Assembly: GCF_026571515.1 (NCBI RefSeq)
Contig: NW_026852031.1
Span: 434,001-498,000 of the forward strand
Direction of reading: 5' to 3'
DNA length: 64,000 nt
Origin: Ruditapes philippinarum
Lineage: Eukaryota
Positions within the stretch are counted from its first letter, which is position 1. Every line of letters starts with the position of its first letter. The translations under genes were made by a program, and so were the position numbers. A model generated the notes under the pieces. The model was given only the letters and a program-made list of their open reading frames with translations, made no database searches and was not told where the DNA came from. Of this stretch, positions 28,511 to 40,903 are shown piece after piece.

Positions 28511-28582
28511 GGCGGCATGGCCGAGTGGTTAACGCAACGGACTTGTAATCTAATGATCGCTGGCCGCATATGTTCAAACCCC
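28511..28582 (+). mobile_element. Truncated tRNA-derived SINE head
   Basis: A-box TGGCCGAGTGG, B-box-like GTTCAAACC, no closing acceptor stem. Confidence 0.5.
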
Positions 28583-28844
28583 TTCTAAATGATCAGATGT
28601 TGCAATTGCTGTTTTGGACTTACATGTACATTTTTAAATATTATTTTGGTAAATATCGAGCTATTTGTTTGATAATGTAATCACATTCCTTGTTATTTTA
28701 AATCTAATATTTCAATCTGTGGAGAGTTAATATAATTTTAAAAATGTAAGATCAGTTTATGTCACGTTAAAACATTACTGTAATTGTTTCTTGTTCCGAC
28801 AATTTTCTTATTTGTACATGTATATTTTTATTGATACAATTTTG

Positions 28845-30170
28845 AACAAGAGCCACCGCCGGGGGTGGCACAACGTTCGACTTTTTACTTTGTCTAATAG
28901 CAAACAAACAAACGGTTTAAACAAATACTTAAAAAGAAAATCAAAGAAAAAAAAGATATTCCTTTCTTGATTTTAATAGGTCTGTATAGTCACACTTGTT
29001 GATTTGTCTAAGTATGAATCCTTTCCAGAAATAAATGTTAAGAAAATATAATCAAAATTTAATCATTTGGCTGTTAAGGTCATTTAAAGGTCAAGGTCAT
29101 ATCTAAATTATTCCACATGTCTGTTTGGTCACAAATGTTGTTTTACTTACATATGAATCAAATCCTTACATAAATAAAAAAATATGACAACTTCAAAGTT
29201 GACGGTCAAAGTCATATAACGCTCAAGGTTAATGTCAGTTCAACTTGTCAAACAGTTAATTATATCAATAATCATTGAAAATAAAATAATTTGACCTTCA
29301 AGGTCAAGGTCATACATGAGTCAAGGTCAGTTTGAGATTTGAAATACATGGAGGTCCTGACGTAAAGTTGTTGTGTCTTAATATGAATTAAATTTATTTA
29401 TAAATAACAAAGTTATAGCCAATTACGAAAAACGGAGAATTTCATTAATTTAAACTTGACTGTCAAGGTCAATTTAGGGTCTAGGTCACATCTTAATTAT
29501 TCAATATTTTTGTTTGGTAGCAAGTCTTGTTTTGCCCAAGTTTAAATCAAATCGGTACATAAATAAAAAAGTATGAAGATAATCCATTAATTAAATACCA
29601 AGTTACAGTCAATTATTGCAAAAATCAGTGAAAATTCAAGAATTCATTTTTCAAGGTCGATCATAAGAGAGCCAAGGTCAATTTGAGTTTGATATTCCTC
29701 AAGACTTTACTCTAAACAATATTCTGTTATAATATGAAGTCAATCCATTCAATAATAGCGAAGTTATGGCCAGTTACAGCAAAAAATGAAAATTTCAAAT
29801 TTTTGACCCTCGAGGTCAGGGTCTTTTAAGACTGAAGGTCAAAGTATGTTTGCTTAACTTAAAGGTCTATCCTAAAAGATTATTATGTTCAAGTTTGAAG
29901 ACAATCCATTTAAAAGTAACAAAAATATAGCCACTAATTGCAAAAAAAAACACCAAAAAAAAACCAAAAAAAACAAGCAAGGTCATTTATGAATGAAGGT
30001 CATAGTTAGTCCGGTCTCCTAAAATATATTGTCGCAAGGGTTGTTGTGGCCAAGTATGTAAATAATAAACCAAGAACTTAAAAAGTTATGATCAAGGTAC
30101 AAGTTTGCGGTTGGCAACGCCGACATGGCTGTAACAATACCTTTTTTTAAAAAAAAAGTCGAGCTAAAAA
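28845..30170. mobile_element. Helentron-associated (HINE-type) element with TCAAGGTCA-bearing tandem repeats
   Basis: AACAAGAGCCACC...GGTGGC hairpin start, repeated (AAGGTC)n units, and an end at ...AAAAAGTCGAGCTAAAAA. Confidence 0.55.
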
Positions 30171-30432
30171 GGAGAGGAAACTTAAACAAACAAGATTATG
30201 TAATTTTATATGTTTAGATCTATCTTGATACAATTTTAGATAAGGATAATTTTTAGATAAATTGGTTACACAAACAAGATTATACAAGAGATCTCGATAT
30301 TTACACTGAATAATCTTATATCATGTTTATTAATAGTAAACTCCAAAGAATCAGACAATATTTATACTAATTTAACATTGAAAGTAAATGATAAATTGCT
30401 ATTTCATTCACACCTTGTGAATAATTTGATAA

Positions 30433-30467
30433 CACACACGCACACGCACGCACGCACGCACGCACAC
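30433..30467. repeat. (CA)n/(CACG)n microsatellite
   Basis: Directly visible. Confidence 0.9.
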
Positions 30468-30611
30468 TTTGACCAGTTTATTGGTTTCATTTTGTTTTAA
30501 TAACCACAAGTGTCTGGAATAACAATGAATTTTGATCTCTGTAGTTGCTTATGTTCTTCAAGAAACGTCTGACACATACACAGTATTTTAATGATCACTG
30601 GCAACAGATTT

Positions 30612-30913
30612 TCAGCTCAGTTTCTGAGGTGGAGCAACAACATGCGGTTGTTTACACTGTAGGCTCCCCCTGTCATTTGCTGGTTCCAGGCAGATAAAGC
30701 AGAAATGTTTCTTGCAACTAAAACATTCCATGTTGTTACAAGCATCTACATGTTCAATAGCCTCTTTACAATGTGGGCACGAGCGTATCGAGGGACAGTT
30801 ATCCACACTACTTATGTTCTTTTTAGGACAATTATGTAACAGGTTCAAAAACTCGTCGTAATTCCTACATGAAATGTTTATACATTTTCCATCACCTTCA
30901 CCTGGACATGAAC
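30612..30913 (-). CDS. RBR-type E3 ubiquitin ligase RING2/Rcat-like domain, terminal coding exon
   Basis: TTTCAG acceptor, phase 1. Encodes SCPGEGDGKCINISCRNYDEFLNLLHNCPKKNISSVDNCPSIRSCPHCKEAIEHVDACNNMECFSCKKHFCFICLEPANDRGSLQCKQPHVVAPPQKLS*, matching the Rcat pattern CPxC...IE...CxxMxC..C...FCFxC. Confidence 0.85.
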
Positions 30914-31602
30914 CTGAAACATATATACGTCAATAAATAGTTTACTATATGAAATACATGTTGGCATGATTACGCTGGCTATACATAATTGCCATACCTT
31001 CCGGTTTCAAAAGTGCTCAGATTGCTCATGCACAAATTATGCACATGCATAGTATATAAATAAAACATACAGTGTATGAAGAGAATGCAATATTAATATG
31101 AGGAAAACTAATGAATTAAAGTTAAACAAAATTACAAAGTAAGTGAAATAACTTAATGTTGAATGCCGTTGATATAGGAAATATTTTTACATTCATGCTA
31201 AAAATCAGTTATTTTCTCGTAAACAGATTAAGTAAACATGTTCCCTACAGTTAGGTTGTCTGGGTTCCCATTATTTGTAATTTATTTGAAAAAACAAAAA
31301 AGAAACAAAAAACGTCTATACGAAAATAGTAAAATACATTCTACATATTTTATCGTTATTTCATAACATTGGTCTTATCGTGTCCACATATTTTATCGTT
31401 ATTTCACAGTGTTTAACAAGGCAGCTGTATAAGATTTAAATTGCTGTTTGAAATCAACGTTTACACGTATTATTTGAAAATTAATTACAATATATTATAG
31501 ATTTACAAAATATAAACATATAGATTTGCAAGATTAGTTTAAGGAGAAATACATACACTAATAACATGAGCTATGTCATAATATAAAAGAAAATTCACTT
31601 AC

Positions 31603-31615
31603 ATGTTTGCTCCAT
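31603..31615 (-). CDS. Putative first coding exon (MEQT+T) of the Rcat gene; joined product 104 aa
   Basis: AATATGG start context, perfect GTAAGT donor, phase 1 matching the downstream exon (T+GT = Cys), in-frame TAA upstream at 31636-31634. Confidence 0.55.
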
Positions 31616-31658
31616 ATTTCTATCGTTGTAGACTTAATGAAACTATTATTTGTCAAAA

Positions 31659-31668
31659 GGAAATTCCC
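31659..31668 (-). promoter_or_regulatory. NF-kappaB/Rel consensus site GGGAATTTCC
   Basis: Exact match to GGGRNWYYCC, ~44 bp upstream of the putative ATG at 31615. Confidence 0.45.
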
Positions 31669-33806
31669 GAAAAACTTTGATGATTAAGTGTGATAAATAG
31701 TTAAAAATAGTAGTCGATGGTAACTGTTTTTCGAAAATATGCTTTGATATTTACAGAAAATACACGTAATTTGATTCTTTGTAATCATGTATCGTGGGTG
31801 TGATTTCAAGGGTAATATCTATTTCCATTTACGATAAATGCTGATGTAGATATTTTTTTTTTAAAAAAGGTTAATTTATGGAGATATACATGTATTTGTA
31901 TTGTATATATGCAGCAATATATACATGTATATTGAATGTTTATGGTATTTCTAATAGATTTACGATGTAAATAGTTTGATACATATGTATGGTTAGATAT
32001 AGAGTAAAATAATGAAAAATGGTAACTCCATTTATGGTAGTGGTTAATAAAAGCTATTATCAATGGCTCTTATATACAGTTTTAACCATATAAGTTAATA
32101 ACCAAGTTAGACTTTAAACTATAATAAATGTGTAAAAATAGATTATCCAGTAACGGAAACAGCCTGTTGGACTATACACTAATTTATAGGAGTTCTTTCC
32201 CTTAGTTTAAAATTTGAGACATAATTTAAACAAAATTTTGCACATATAGTAACAAATACGAACTTGAAATCAAGTACGTTTGATGCTTTTGGAAATGACA
32301 CAAAAAAGCTAAAACTCACTCAAAAAGTAGAATTGGGACCACAATTCTTTTTCATAAATTTGTTTCAATTATGGTTTTGTTTAAGTCAAAAACAGAATTA
32401 AAACAAATTTATGAAAAAAGAATTGGGTAATCATTCTACGTTTTGAATAATAATGCAAAGTTTAAGAAGTTTATTTTTTTCCTTTTTATGCATCTGTAAA
32501 TAAATATATTATGTGTGATTATCAGCGGGTGACTGTCTTTTAAACATTAACAACTCGGCAAGAGTTTACAAGCTATAGCAAACGAAAAGTAATGAATAAG
32601 TCACGTAAGTGATTATGTCAGCTATAACATGACGACGTCAGTTTTAACACGCAAAAAGCGACGACGTTACCTACAACATGCAGGACACGATTTCGTTAGG
32701 TGGAAGTGATGACGTTACCTATTAAACACGGGAGGTGACAACAAACAGGAAGACGACTGTTTAAAACTAATCAAAAATTTGAACGTTTAATTGAAAGAAA
32801 ATATTTTAATTTACCGCTGTAAATAAAGTAGAGCAATTATATAATCTTTGTGATAACTTTATGTGTAATGTTTGGTCAGGCTGTTTTTACAGATAAAATG
32901 TATAACGAAAGTATCAAATCTACCTGACATCAGCATCACAAAGTTCAATACCCGATTACTCATGCAGTAAATAGCTGAGTGAAATATAAGTGAAGGCCAT
33001 AAATTATCTAGTTACATTTGTTGACCTCGTAGTAAAAATAGTGTGGGATTGTTTAGTTATCTAAATTGATAAATTAATCTCAACAACACAAATCTATCAG
33101 TGTTTTATCTTGAATTAGGCTGTTCCATTAGAGGAGATGCTGTTCCATCAGGGGGGGACGGGAAATTATAAGTTTGTATAGAGTATCACAAAATATAATA
33201 TTTTGTTCTTAAATACCTGCAGAATAAAAAAGAATGAAATTGCAGATTAAACACAAGCGCAAAATATAGGACAATACTAAACCTCTTAATTAACGTCAAC
33301 ATACGTATAAAACTGACAAATATTAAAAACAACAACAACAAAACATCCAATAAATAAAATGTTTTATTGACATTTTCAATCCAATATTACTATATTCAAT
33401 CAATATTGATAGATTAAAGTTTCTAATACATGTAATTATTTTAAAAAGACTATTTGTAGCATAAGGTAACATAAACTGATATCTTATTACGCGTGTTTAA
33501 CAATATGTACTTTAGATATGAAAAAATATCGTTAAATACAGGAGAGAATAAAGCATTTATGACAAATTTATTCATTGAAAACTTTAATAGATATTGAACA
33601 ATATAAATATATATTTAAGTTACTGCTGACATTTTACAATATGTTTAAATTTGCAATACAAGTTTAGACTGATCTCTAGAAATCACATTCTGCACACCTT
33701 ACGATTTATAGCAAAATAAAGTATTGAAATCAATGTCCGTAATGAATTTAAACTAAACTTTTTGCATAGTTGATCAAGCACTTGATGATATATGGAGGAT
33801 CGAATT

Positions 33807-34625
33807 TTATTGTCTCTTTTCATGAACTGTCGACTTCTTGGCAATATAACTGGTATAGAAAAAGTTCATAAACAGTAACAGATATGTGGAATACATGGTA
33901 AGACTGTATTTAATGTTAGTAAAACTTGTAACACAGTCTCGACCTGCTGACAGCACACTGTACGAAACTAAAATCACAAAAATGCCGAACATCATTTGAC
34001 AAAGTTGTAGACATGTTATAAACATACTGATCCATTTTGGTAGACGGAACTTCAAAGCTCGTAGAGTATAATATGTATACATGAAGGAATGAACGGTAAA
34101 ATTCATCACCTCGTAATATCTGCCAGTTCCTATCTTGTCAATATAACTATACCATACATATATTAGCACAGTTATATGATGATACCAATGTAGAAATATC
34201 AACGGTTGTTTCCTTAAAACAATAAAAACTGTGTCTCCTAATTCGACAACTTTCGATAGCACAAAAAGCATAGTCCAAAATGCGGAAACTTTCCCGTGAT
34301 CGAGGTATGAGCCACTGCAGCAAGAATACTCGAACCCGTGATGTGACAACGCCCATATTAGTTCTGGTAGTGTACGAATAGCACCTAGAATACTGAACAC
34401 TGCTAACGTTCCACTCCAAGCCACCAGGAGCGGTCTAAGTTCGAACTTTTCTTTGCTCGCCATAACATAGCGGGCACTAAAGATGAAGACGAGATAAACT
34501 GCCGAATATATGAAACAATCTTTCCAGTTTCTTCGCATGTAGTCATCAAACTTTTCAACTTGGAATTTTTTTTCAAACTCAAAAATGTATGTTAAATTAG
34601 CAGGATCTTTATTTGATACATCCAT
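33807..34625 (-). CDS. elovl6: Very-long-chain fatty acid elongase, ELOVL6/ELOVL3-like (GNS1/SUR4 family), 272 aa, uninterrupted CDS
   Basis: Motifs SKVVELGDTVFIVLRKQPLIFLHWYHH (histidine box), MNFTVHSFMYTYY and TCLQLCQM; multiple TM segments. Probable 5'-UTR intron with acceptor before 34839 and donor after 35375. Confidence 0.95.
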   Translation of the reverse strand: MDVSNKDPANLTYIFEFEKKFQVEKFDDYMRRNWKDCFIYSAVYLVFIFSARYVMASKEKFELRPLLVAWSGTLAVFSILGAIRTLPELIWALSHHGFEYSCCSGSYLDHGKVSAFWTMLFVLSKVVELGDTVFIVLRKQPLIFLHWYHHITVLIYVWYSYIDKIGTGRYYEVMNFTVHSFMYTYYTLRALKFRLPKWISMFITCLQLCQMMFGIFVILVSYSVLSAGRDCVTSFTNIKYSLTMYSTYLLLFMNFFYTSYIAKKSTVHEKRQ

Positions 34626-36050
34626 AGTGGTTTATAGCAATGTTTTAACTTAAAAGTAAGGGAGTCCTTCCAGTAAATGTTGGTTGTGTCTCGGGTGTTT
34701 GACAGTTAAATCACAGCTATCATGCGTTCTCCTTTATGTGTCAATGTCATATTTAACGTCATAGTGGACCATGTACTTCGGAATAATGTCATCGGTAAAA
34801 TCAGGCCCCCACAACCCCTTCTGATCACGCTATCTTTACCTGCAATAATAAATATCTGGACATTATTCGTTAGTTTTAATGAATGAATAAATATTCAATA
34901 TACGTTTACAGTTAAGAAATTAAAATAAATATTGTGGTTGTTAAATTGTATCATACGATATTTAAAGTTTGTGTTAGTTTTGTAGGTACTGGTATAAGTA
35001 TATCAAACAAGTTTAAACACATCATTAGTAATCATGACGCAAATCATTAATTAGACCGTATCAAATGTTTAATTAGTGCAACGCTTCAAAATACACCACG
35101 TGCAATGTATAGGCACTCTTTTGGTGCTCATTCCAATTGGTTTAATATTGATAAAAGCTTAAATACATGTAGTTAAATATAAAACACGTGTTACCTTTTC
35201 CAATTAAAGTGCTATTCCCTTTGTAATCACAAATACAAATTTACGTTAAAACAAAATTAGCTTTACTTTTTACTTAGTTCTCCAATATACAGTATTACTT
35301 TTTCCACTATGCAAATTATTAAGGGTACATGTAGAAAGAAGCGTTTTATATCATATAAACCTACGATCAGTTACCTGTGAAAGTATCGTGTTTCAACAAA
35401 CATTTATTCGTTGCCGTGGCGTGATTCGTCTTTTGAAAAGTGCTTGTACTATTTTATGACCCTATTCATGTGTATTAACTCTTCAAATAGTAAAACAGTG
35501 CAATGGCGCACTTTCAATTAATTTTAAATTTAAACGGGAAATGATATCAATGATTACAGATGATGATTATAGAAGATGTATTTAACTTTACGGATATAGA
35601 ATAACGACACGGAAACTATTTAAATGACGAAAGATTTTTACAAAGTACATTATTTATACATGACTGACTTGTAGTTATGAATAACAAGAGGTGTATTGTG
35701 TTATATGCGTTATACGAGAAGGAACGCTCGACTAATTCCATCATTAATAAAAGGGGAATAGAAATATGTTTGTATAATGACAAACTGTAAATTCTAATAC
35801 AAATTAAAATTGTTTTCTTTAAAGCGAGGCAATTTTTGAATATCTTATATTTGTTTAACTTGTCAATGACATTGACCGACTATCATATAAAATTGGGTCG
35901 TAGAAAAATAACCCACTTACTCACTTACAATCAATTGAAATATAATAATGTATTGTAATACAATAAAGTAACAACAACATCTTCATTTGATACAAGACAT
36001 CATAACACAGAACTGGTTACTTACTTCGGTAAAACATTTAATTATAAATT

Positions 36051-36266
36051 GAGCCGCGTCACGACAAAACCAACATAGTGCGTTTGCGACCAGCATAGAT
36101 CCAGACCAGCCTGCGCATCCGTGCAGTCTGATCAGGATCCACGCTTTTCGCTTACCAACCCTATTGCAAGAAGAGATACTGATAGCGAACAGTATGAATC
36201 CTGATCAGACTGCGCGGATGCGGATGGTCGCAAACCCATTATGTTGGTTTTGTCATGACGCGGCTC
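36051..36266. mobile_element. 216-bp palindromic MITE, Sola-like
   Basis: TIR GAGCCGCGTCA(C/T)GACAAAACCAACATA. 4-bp TSD AATT (36047-36050, 36267-36270). Confidence 0.85.
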
Positions 36267-37247
36267 AATTTTTGTTGTTCTAATATTTGAAGTTTGAACC
36301 AGACTGTTAGAAACTGATAGACCAACAAATAAATAATAACGACCGATATTCAAATACTTATATAATTATTAGCTAATGTTTACTTCAGTAACCTACATCT
36401 TCATTTGTCAATGTAATAATAATGTAATAATGATGTAATAATGATGTAATAATGATGTAATAATACTGATTCCTTGAGATAACAATTCAGTCATAAAGAT
36501 AGGATATCACGACAACTTATTTTTGTAATTTTATTTTCACACCGTACAATCAAATGGGCAGACAGCAGTTCAAACGTCGACAGCTGTACCAGTATATACA
36601 TGTCGGCGCACGAAACACAGTTGCGGACGGACGGTAAGTATTCATCTATTTTTAACATATCCCAACTTCATTCGAGTAAATCAATGTCATGTATTCATAG
36701 TCAACATCCAAAGGAGCGTACTAACAAATTTCTGGCCCTGATCAAGGTTTACTTCACGTGAATTTTGACTGAAAATAACCAAACTATCCGATGAGATGCG
36801 GCATTTTTATTTTTAAGGCACAAAAACTTATATTTTCTCATGATATCATACGATTCGTAAACGTCAACATTTCGTCATTAAATATTCCAAACCATATCTT
36901 CACATACATAATGTTTTTTTTCTGTTAAAGTTATAGGGTATTTAAGTTGGAGTGACATCAAAATTTTAGTAATGTCATCAGTCGTTCGCCTCATTTTAAT
37001 GATAACATCGACAGCCATTCATCGGCAAGAATGAATAACGCTGAAAGCCGTTCAAGGAAACAATTTTCAGCGCTTTTGTGCTACAGTAACTAGGAAAGAG
37101 TAAAACTGTTTTGTTTATTTAAAACATTTATTTATCATGATACTTTCTAAGAGACTTCATGCTTACGAAATCCATCTACTAATAAATAATTTCTATATTT
37201 TACACCATGATAAATGAATTATTTTACAGGATGTAAATTAATTTAAA

Positions 37248-37377
37248 NNNNNNNNNNNNNNNNNNNNNNNNNNNNNNNNNNNNNNNNNNNNNNNNNNNNN
37301 NNNNNNNNNNNNNNNNNNNNNNNNNNNNNNNNNNNNNNNNNNNNNNNNNNNNNNNNNNNNNNNNNNNNNNNNNNNNN
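37248..37377. other. Assembly gap (130 N)
   Basis: Run of n. Confidence 1.
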
Positions 37378-37387
37378 AAGTAAATAA

Positions 37388-37399
37388 GTTGGTTAGTTA

Positions 37400-37462
<63 letters not shown>

Positions 37463-37918
37463 GTGTTCCTAAGTTCTCTTTACGGAGTCAAATACCTGAA
37501 TAATTTTATGTTCGTTCTCTTTTGTACCATAGTCTGAATATGTATATTCTATAAAATGGAACCACTCTTCGAGAATGCAAACATGGCTCCGCATTATTTA
37601 TACGTTCACTTTCATTTCTCGGGTTACACAGCCATTCACTGCATGGGACATGTCCACTATATGCCATTATTTATAATTACACTTGATGGGTGCCTTCATT
37701 TATAATACTGAAAATTCGTATTAAGCGTTAAATTTGCCTTTACCTTATTTGAATTAAACATTTCAGAAACACATTTATAGATCTTGCTACCTTTTTTATA
37801 TTGAAATACAGTGGGGTAAATGTAGATAAAGGTCTCTCAGCTAAGATACAACAAATAATAGCCCGTCAAGAGAATTTAGGAACACACTAATTAACTAATC
37901 AACTAACTTATTAACTAA
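37388..37918. mobile_element. ~530-bp inverted-repeat element with (AGTT)n microsatellite arms
   Basis: (AGTT)n-GTGTGTTCCTAAGTTCTCTTTACGG on the left; CCGTCAAGAGAATTTAGGAACACAC-(TAAC-like)n on the right. Confidence 0.6.
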
Positions 37919-38510
37919 TAAGTAAAGTTGAATCAAAACTCATTGTTTTTGAAATTGTTTTGTTAATAGTTTTTAAACTCATACCGTGGTATTACACAAC
38001 AGTACTATATGTCGCAGTCCAAAAGATAAGGATGTCTAATGGACGCTGTGGGTTAAGATACTTGGGACCTTTAAAAAGGGTCTGTAAATACACAAAGTAT
38101 GCGCTTTCAAATAATTTTATTAGACTTCAAGAATCGCGGCTCTCGCCATCAAAATCTTTCAAAATAGTGCGCATGCGTGGTGTAGTTAATCAATGAAGTA
38201 GGAAGTAAGATACAGAGGCCCGTAATGGTGGTTAGTATTTGATTTATATGGTGATGAATGAAACGCATGATGAAAATTTAAGCTATAGGACATTTAATAG
38301 GACAAACAATAACACATATAAACATTCCGTATATGAACCTGTGACATCCTTCCCCTCACAGGAAAAATGTCGTCCACACAACTGCTTACTAAGCAGCTGT
38401 ACTACTTCAGAAGTACTATAGAAACTATACCTGTCGCAAAAACTACTTAAATAACTACATTAATATGTAACTGGTAATAAAACTACAGTGACCAATAGTA
38501 AATGAAACAC

Positions 38511-39549
38511 CTTGCTTTTTAAATTTGACTTTTAACGTCTTATCTGTGATATGCAGGCTTCATAACCTCTGATCCTCTTTCAAAATTCCATTCTATTTCG
38601 TTCCGCCCATTGTTTTCTCGTTAAGGGCACACGCATTTTTTTACTTGGGGACCATATGCCGCTTTTCATGGAATGGCACTCACGTGTCATATTGAAGGTT
38701 CCATGATAACCGCCATATGAACACATCTGCGGATGTTTCAAAATTCAAAATTGTACCAGTTCATGTCAAATGTTGAATTCAGCTTAAGCCGGTGCTAGGG
38801 GGCGTGGACGGTAGTTTGCACTTGACAGTACCGTCCATGAACAGGCTAAACCAATCCGAGCCTGCAACATTTTCAATTTTGCCGTGTTGGGCTTTCTTTA
38901 GGAATTCTTATTTTCTCTATTTCATCGCCATATCAGCGTTGTTTGTGCCGTGAAGAGGCTGTAAAAAGTCGCCCCGTACATTCAATCAGAGATGTTATAT
39001 TTCCGATCCTTAAAGATCGTTCAGCACGACATTATTGTTTTGCTTGTGGTAATTTAGTTTTTTTCTATTCGGCTATTTTCTTGTTGGGTGATTCCAATAT
39101 TCCTCACTTGAATACTGTTGAATCACCCTAAGGATATGTGGCCTGCTTTTTAAATTTGTCTTTTGACGTCTTATCTGTGATATGCAGGCTTCATAACCTC
39201 TGATCCCCTTTCAAAATTCCATTTTATTTCGTTCCGCCCATTGTTTTCTCGTTTAGGGCATACGCAATTTTTTAATTGGGGACCATATGCCGCTTTTCAT
39301 GGAATGGCACTCACGTGTCATATTGAAGGTTCCATGATAACCGCCATATGAACACATCTGCGGATGTTTCAAAATTGTACCAGTTCATGTTAAATGTTTA
39401 ATTCTGCTTAAGTCGGTGCTAGGGGGCGTGGACGGTAGTTTGCACTTGACAGTACCGTCCATGAACAGGCTCAATCAAACCGAGCCTGCAACATTTTCAA
39501 TTTTGCCGTGTTGGGCTTTCTTTAGGGATTATTATTTTCTCTATTTTAG
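38511..39549 (+). repeat. Family A, 1.6 tandem units (period 631 bp), occupying the place of the deleted pol
   Basis: 38511 aligns to 39142. Hairpins TGGACGGTA/TACCGTCCA, CAGGCTC/GAGCCTG and GGGTGATTC/GAATCACCC. Confidence 0.85.
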
Positions 39550-39586
39550 GTGCACTAGTGGCAGCTGGTGTAGAAATATGCACAGA

Positions 39587-40903
39587 TTAAGGGGTAGTTA
39601 TATCCTGTTCAATCTGCCTAAGTTCTCTACGAAGAAAATTAAAATCTTGGATGGACTCAAACTTGTAACGTGAAACATTACAAAGTTCATTATTCCGAAG
39701 CCCTAACCAAAGACGATTGCGAAGCATGTCGTTCTTGGCATATTTATCTAAATAAAGATTGGCATTGGTAAGAATCTGCTCTAATCGAAGGCTATATTCA
39801 GGAACGGACCCATCAGGTTCCTGTCTGGCACAAGAAAATTGTTCTTTCAGGTGTTCAGAAGTGGACACATTACCATAGATAGCTTCCAATTTAGCTATAA
39901 CATCTAAAATAGTAGCCCATTCACCCAAATGCAAGAGAACAGTCCGTGCTTTCCCTTTCAAGCCAGTACGAATAGCTTCATGAAGATATGGTCTGGATAC
40001 ATTCTTCCTCTTAACAAACAATGCAAGTCATATTTCCAGACCTCGAACTCACAATCACCAGGCCTACTTTCACATGAAAATTGGGGTATGTTTGGAATAC
40101 GAGAGTGACTAACAGACAAAGAAGTATCCAAGTAGGAAGGTGGATACAAAGTATAAGGATTTGGTCATAGGCACTTGGTTTCGGGATAAAAAGCCTTTTG
40201 AAGGGTTTGTATAACTTAAATTGGATTGAATGTAACGATTTTTTAACGTAGATGTCTCGATTCTAAATTCGACATTTTTCCGATGTTTTTTTTAGTAATA
40301 TCGGAAAAATGTCGAATTTAGAATCGAGACATCTACGTTAAAAAATCGTTACATTCAATCCAATTTAAGTTATACAAACCCTTCAAAAGGCTTTTTATCC
40401 CGAAACCAAGTGCCTATGGATTTGGTGGGGGTGGGGGAGGGGGCGTGCAGGTGGACAAATATTTCCGATATTACTAAAAAAACACTGTTTTTTTTAGTAA
40501 TATCGGAAAAATGTCGAATTTAGAATCGAGACATCTACGTTAAAAAATCGTTACATTCAATCCAATTTAAGTTATACAAACCCTTCAAAAGGCTTTTTAT
40601 CCCGAAACCAAGTGCCTATGGATTTGGTGGGGGTGGGGGAGGGGGCGTGCAGGTGGACAAATATTATCCATTTGAGGATTTTTTCCTGCTCCTGAATGTC
40701 TGTTGTTCTACTATAATTGGTGTATGAGTATCATCCCTTGTAAAATCTGATGGAGGAGGAAGAGGACTGCTAGCAGTGATATAGTTAATAGTACAAGAAG
40801 TAATAGGTTTAATACCAGAACGTTCAATCTGTTCAATATAATACTCTAACTCCTCTTCCCTAATGTGTGTAAGAGTATGTGTAGAATCCATCTCTGCTGA
40901 CAC
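39587..40903 (-). pseudogene. Frameshifted PNMA-like (paraneoplastic Ma-type) retrotransposon gag
   Basis: IPQFSCESRPGDCEFEVWKYDLHCL, then EAIRTGLKGKARTVLLHLG...KLEAIYGNV...F.CARQEPDGSVPEYSLRLE (capsid motifs), split across frames. Confidence 0.85.

Noticed and set aside
32924-33216. Minus-strand AG...GT-bounded segment as a missing RING1/IBR exon of the RBR gene
   Set aside because: No Cys/His pattern and frequent stops. At most a non-coding exon.
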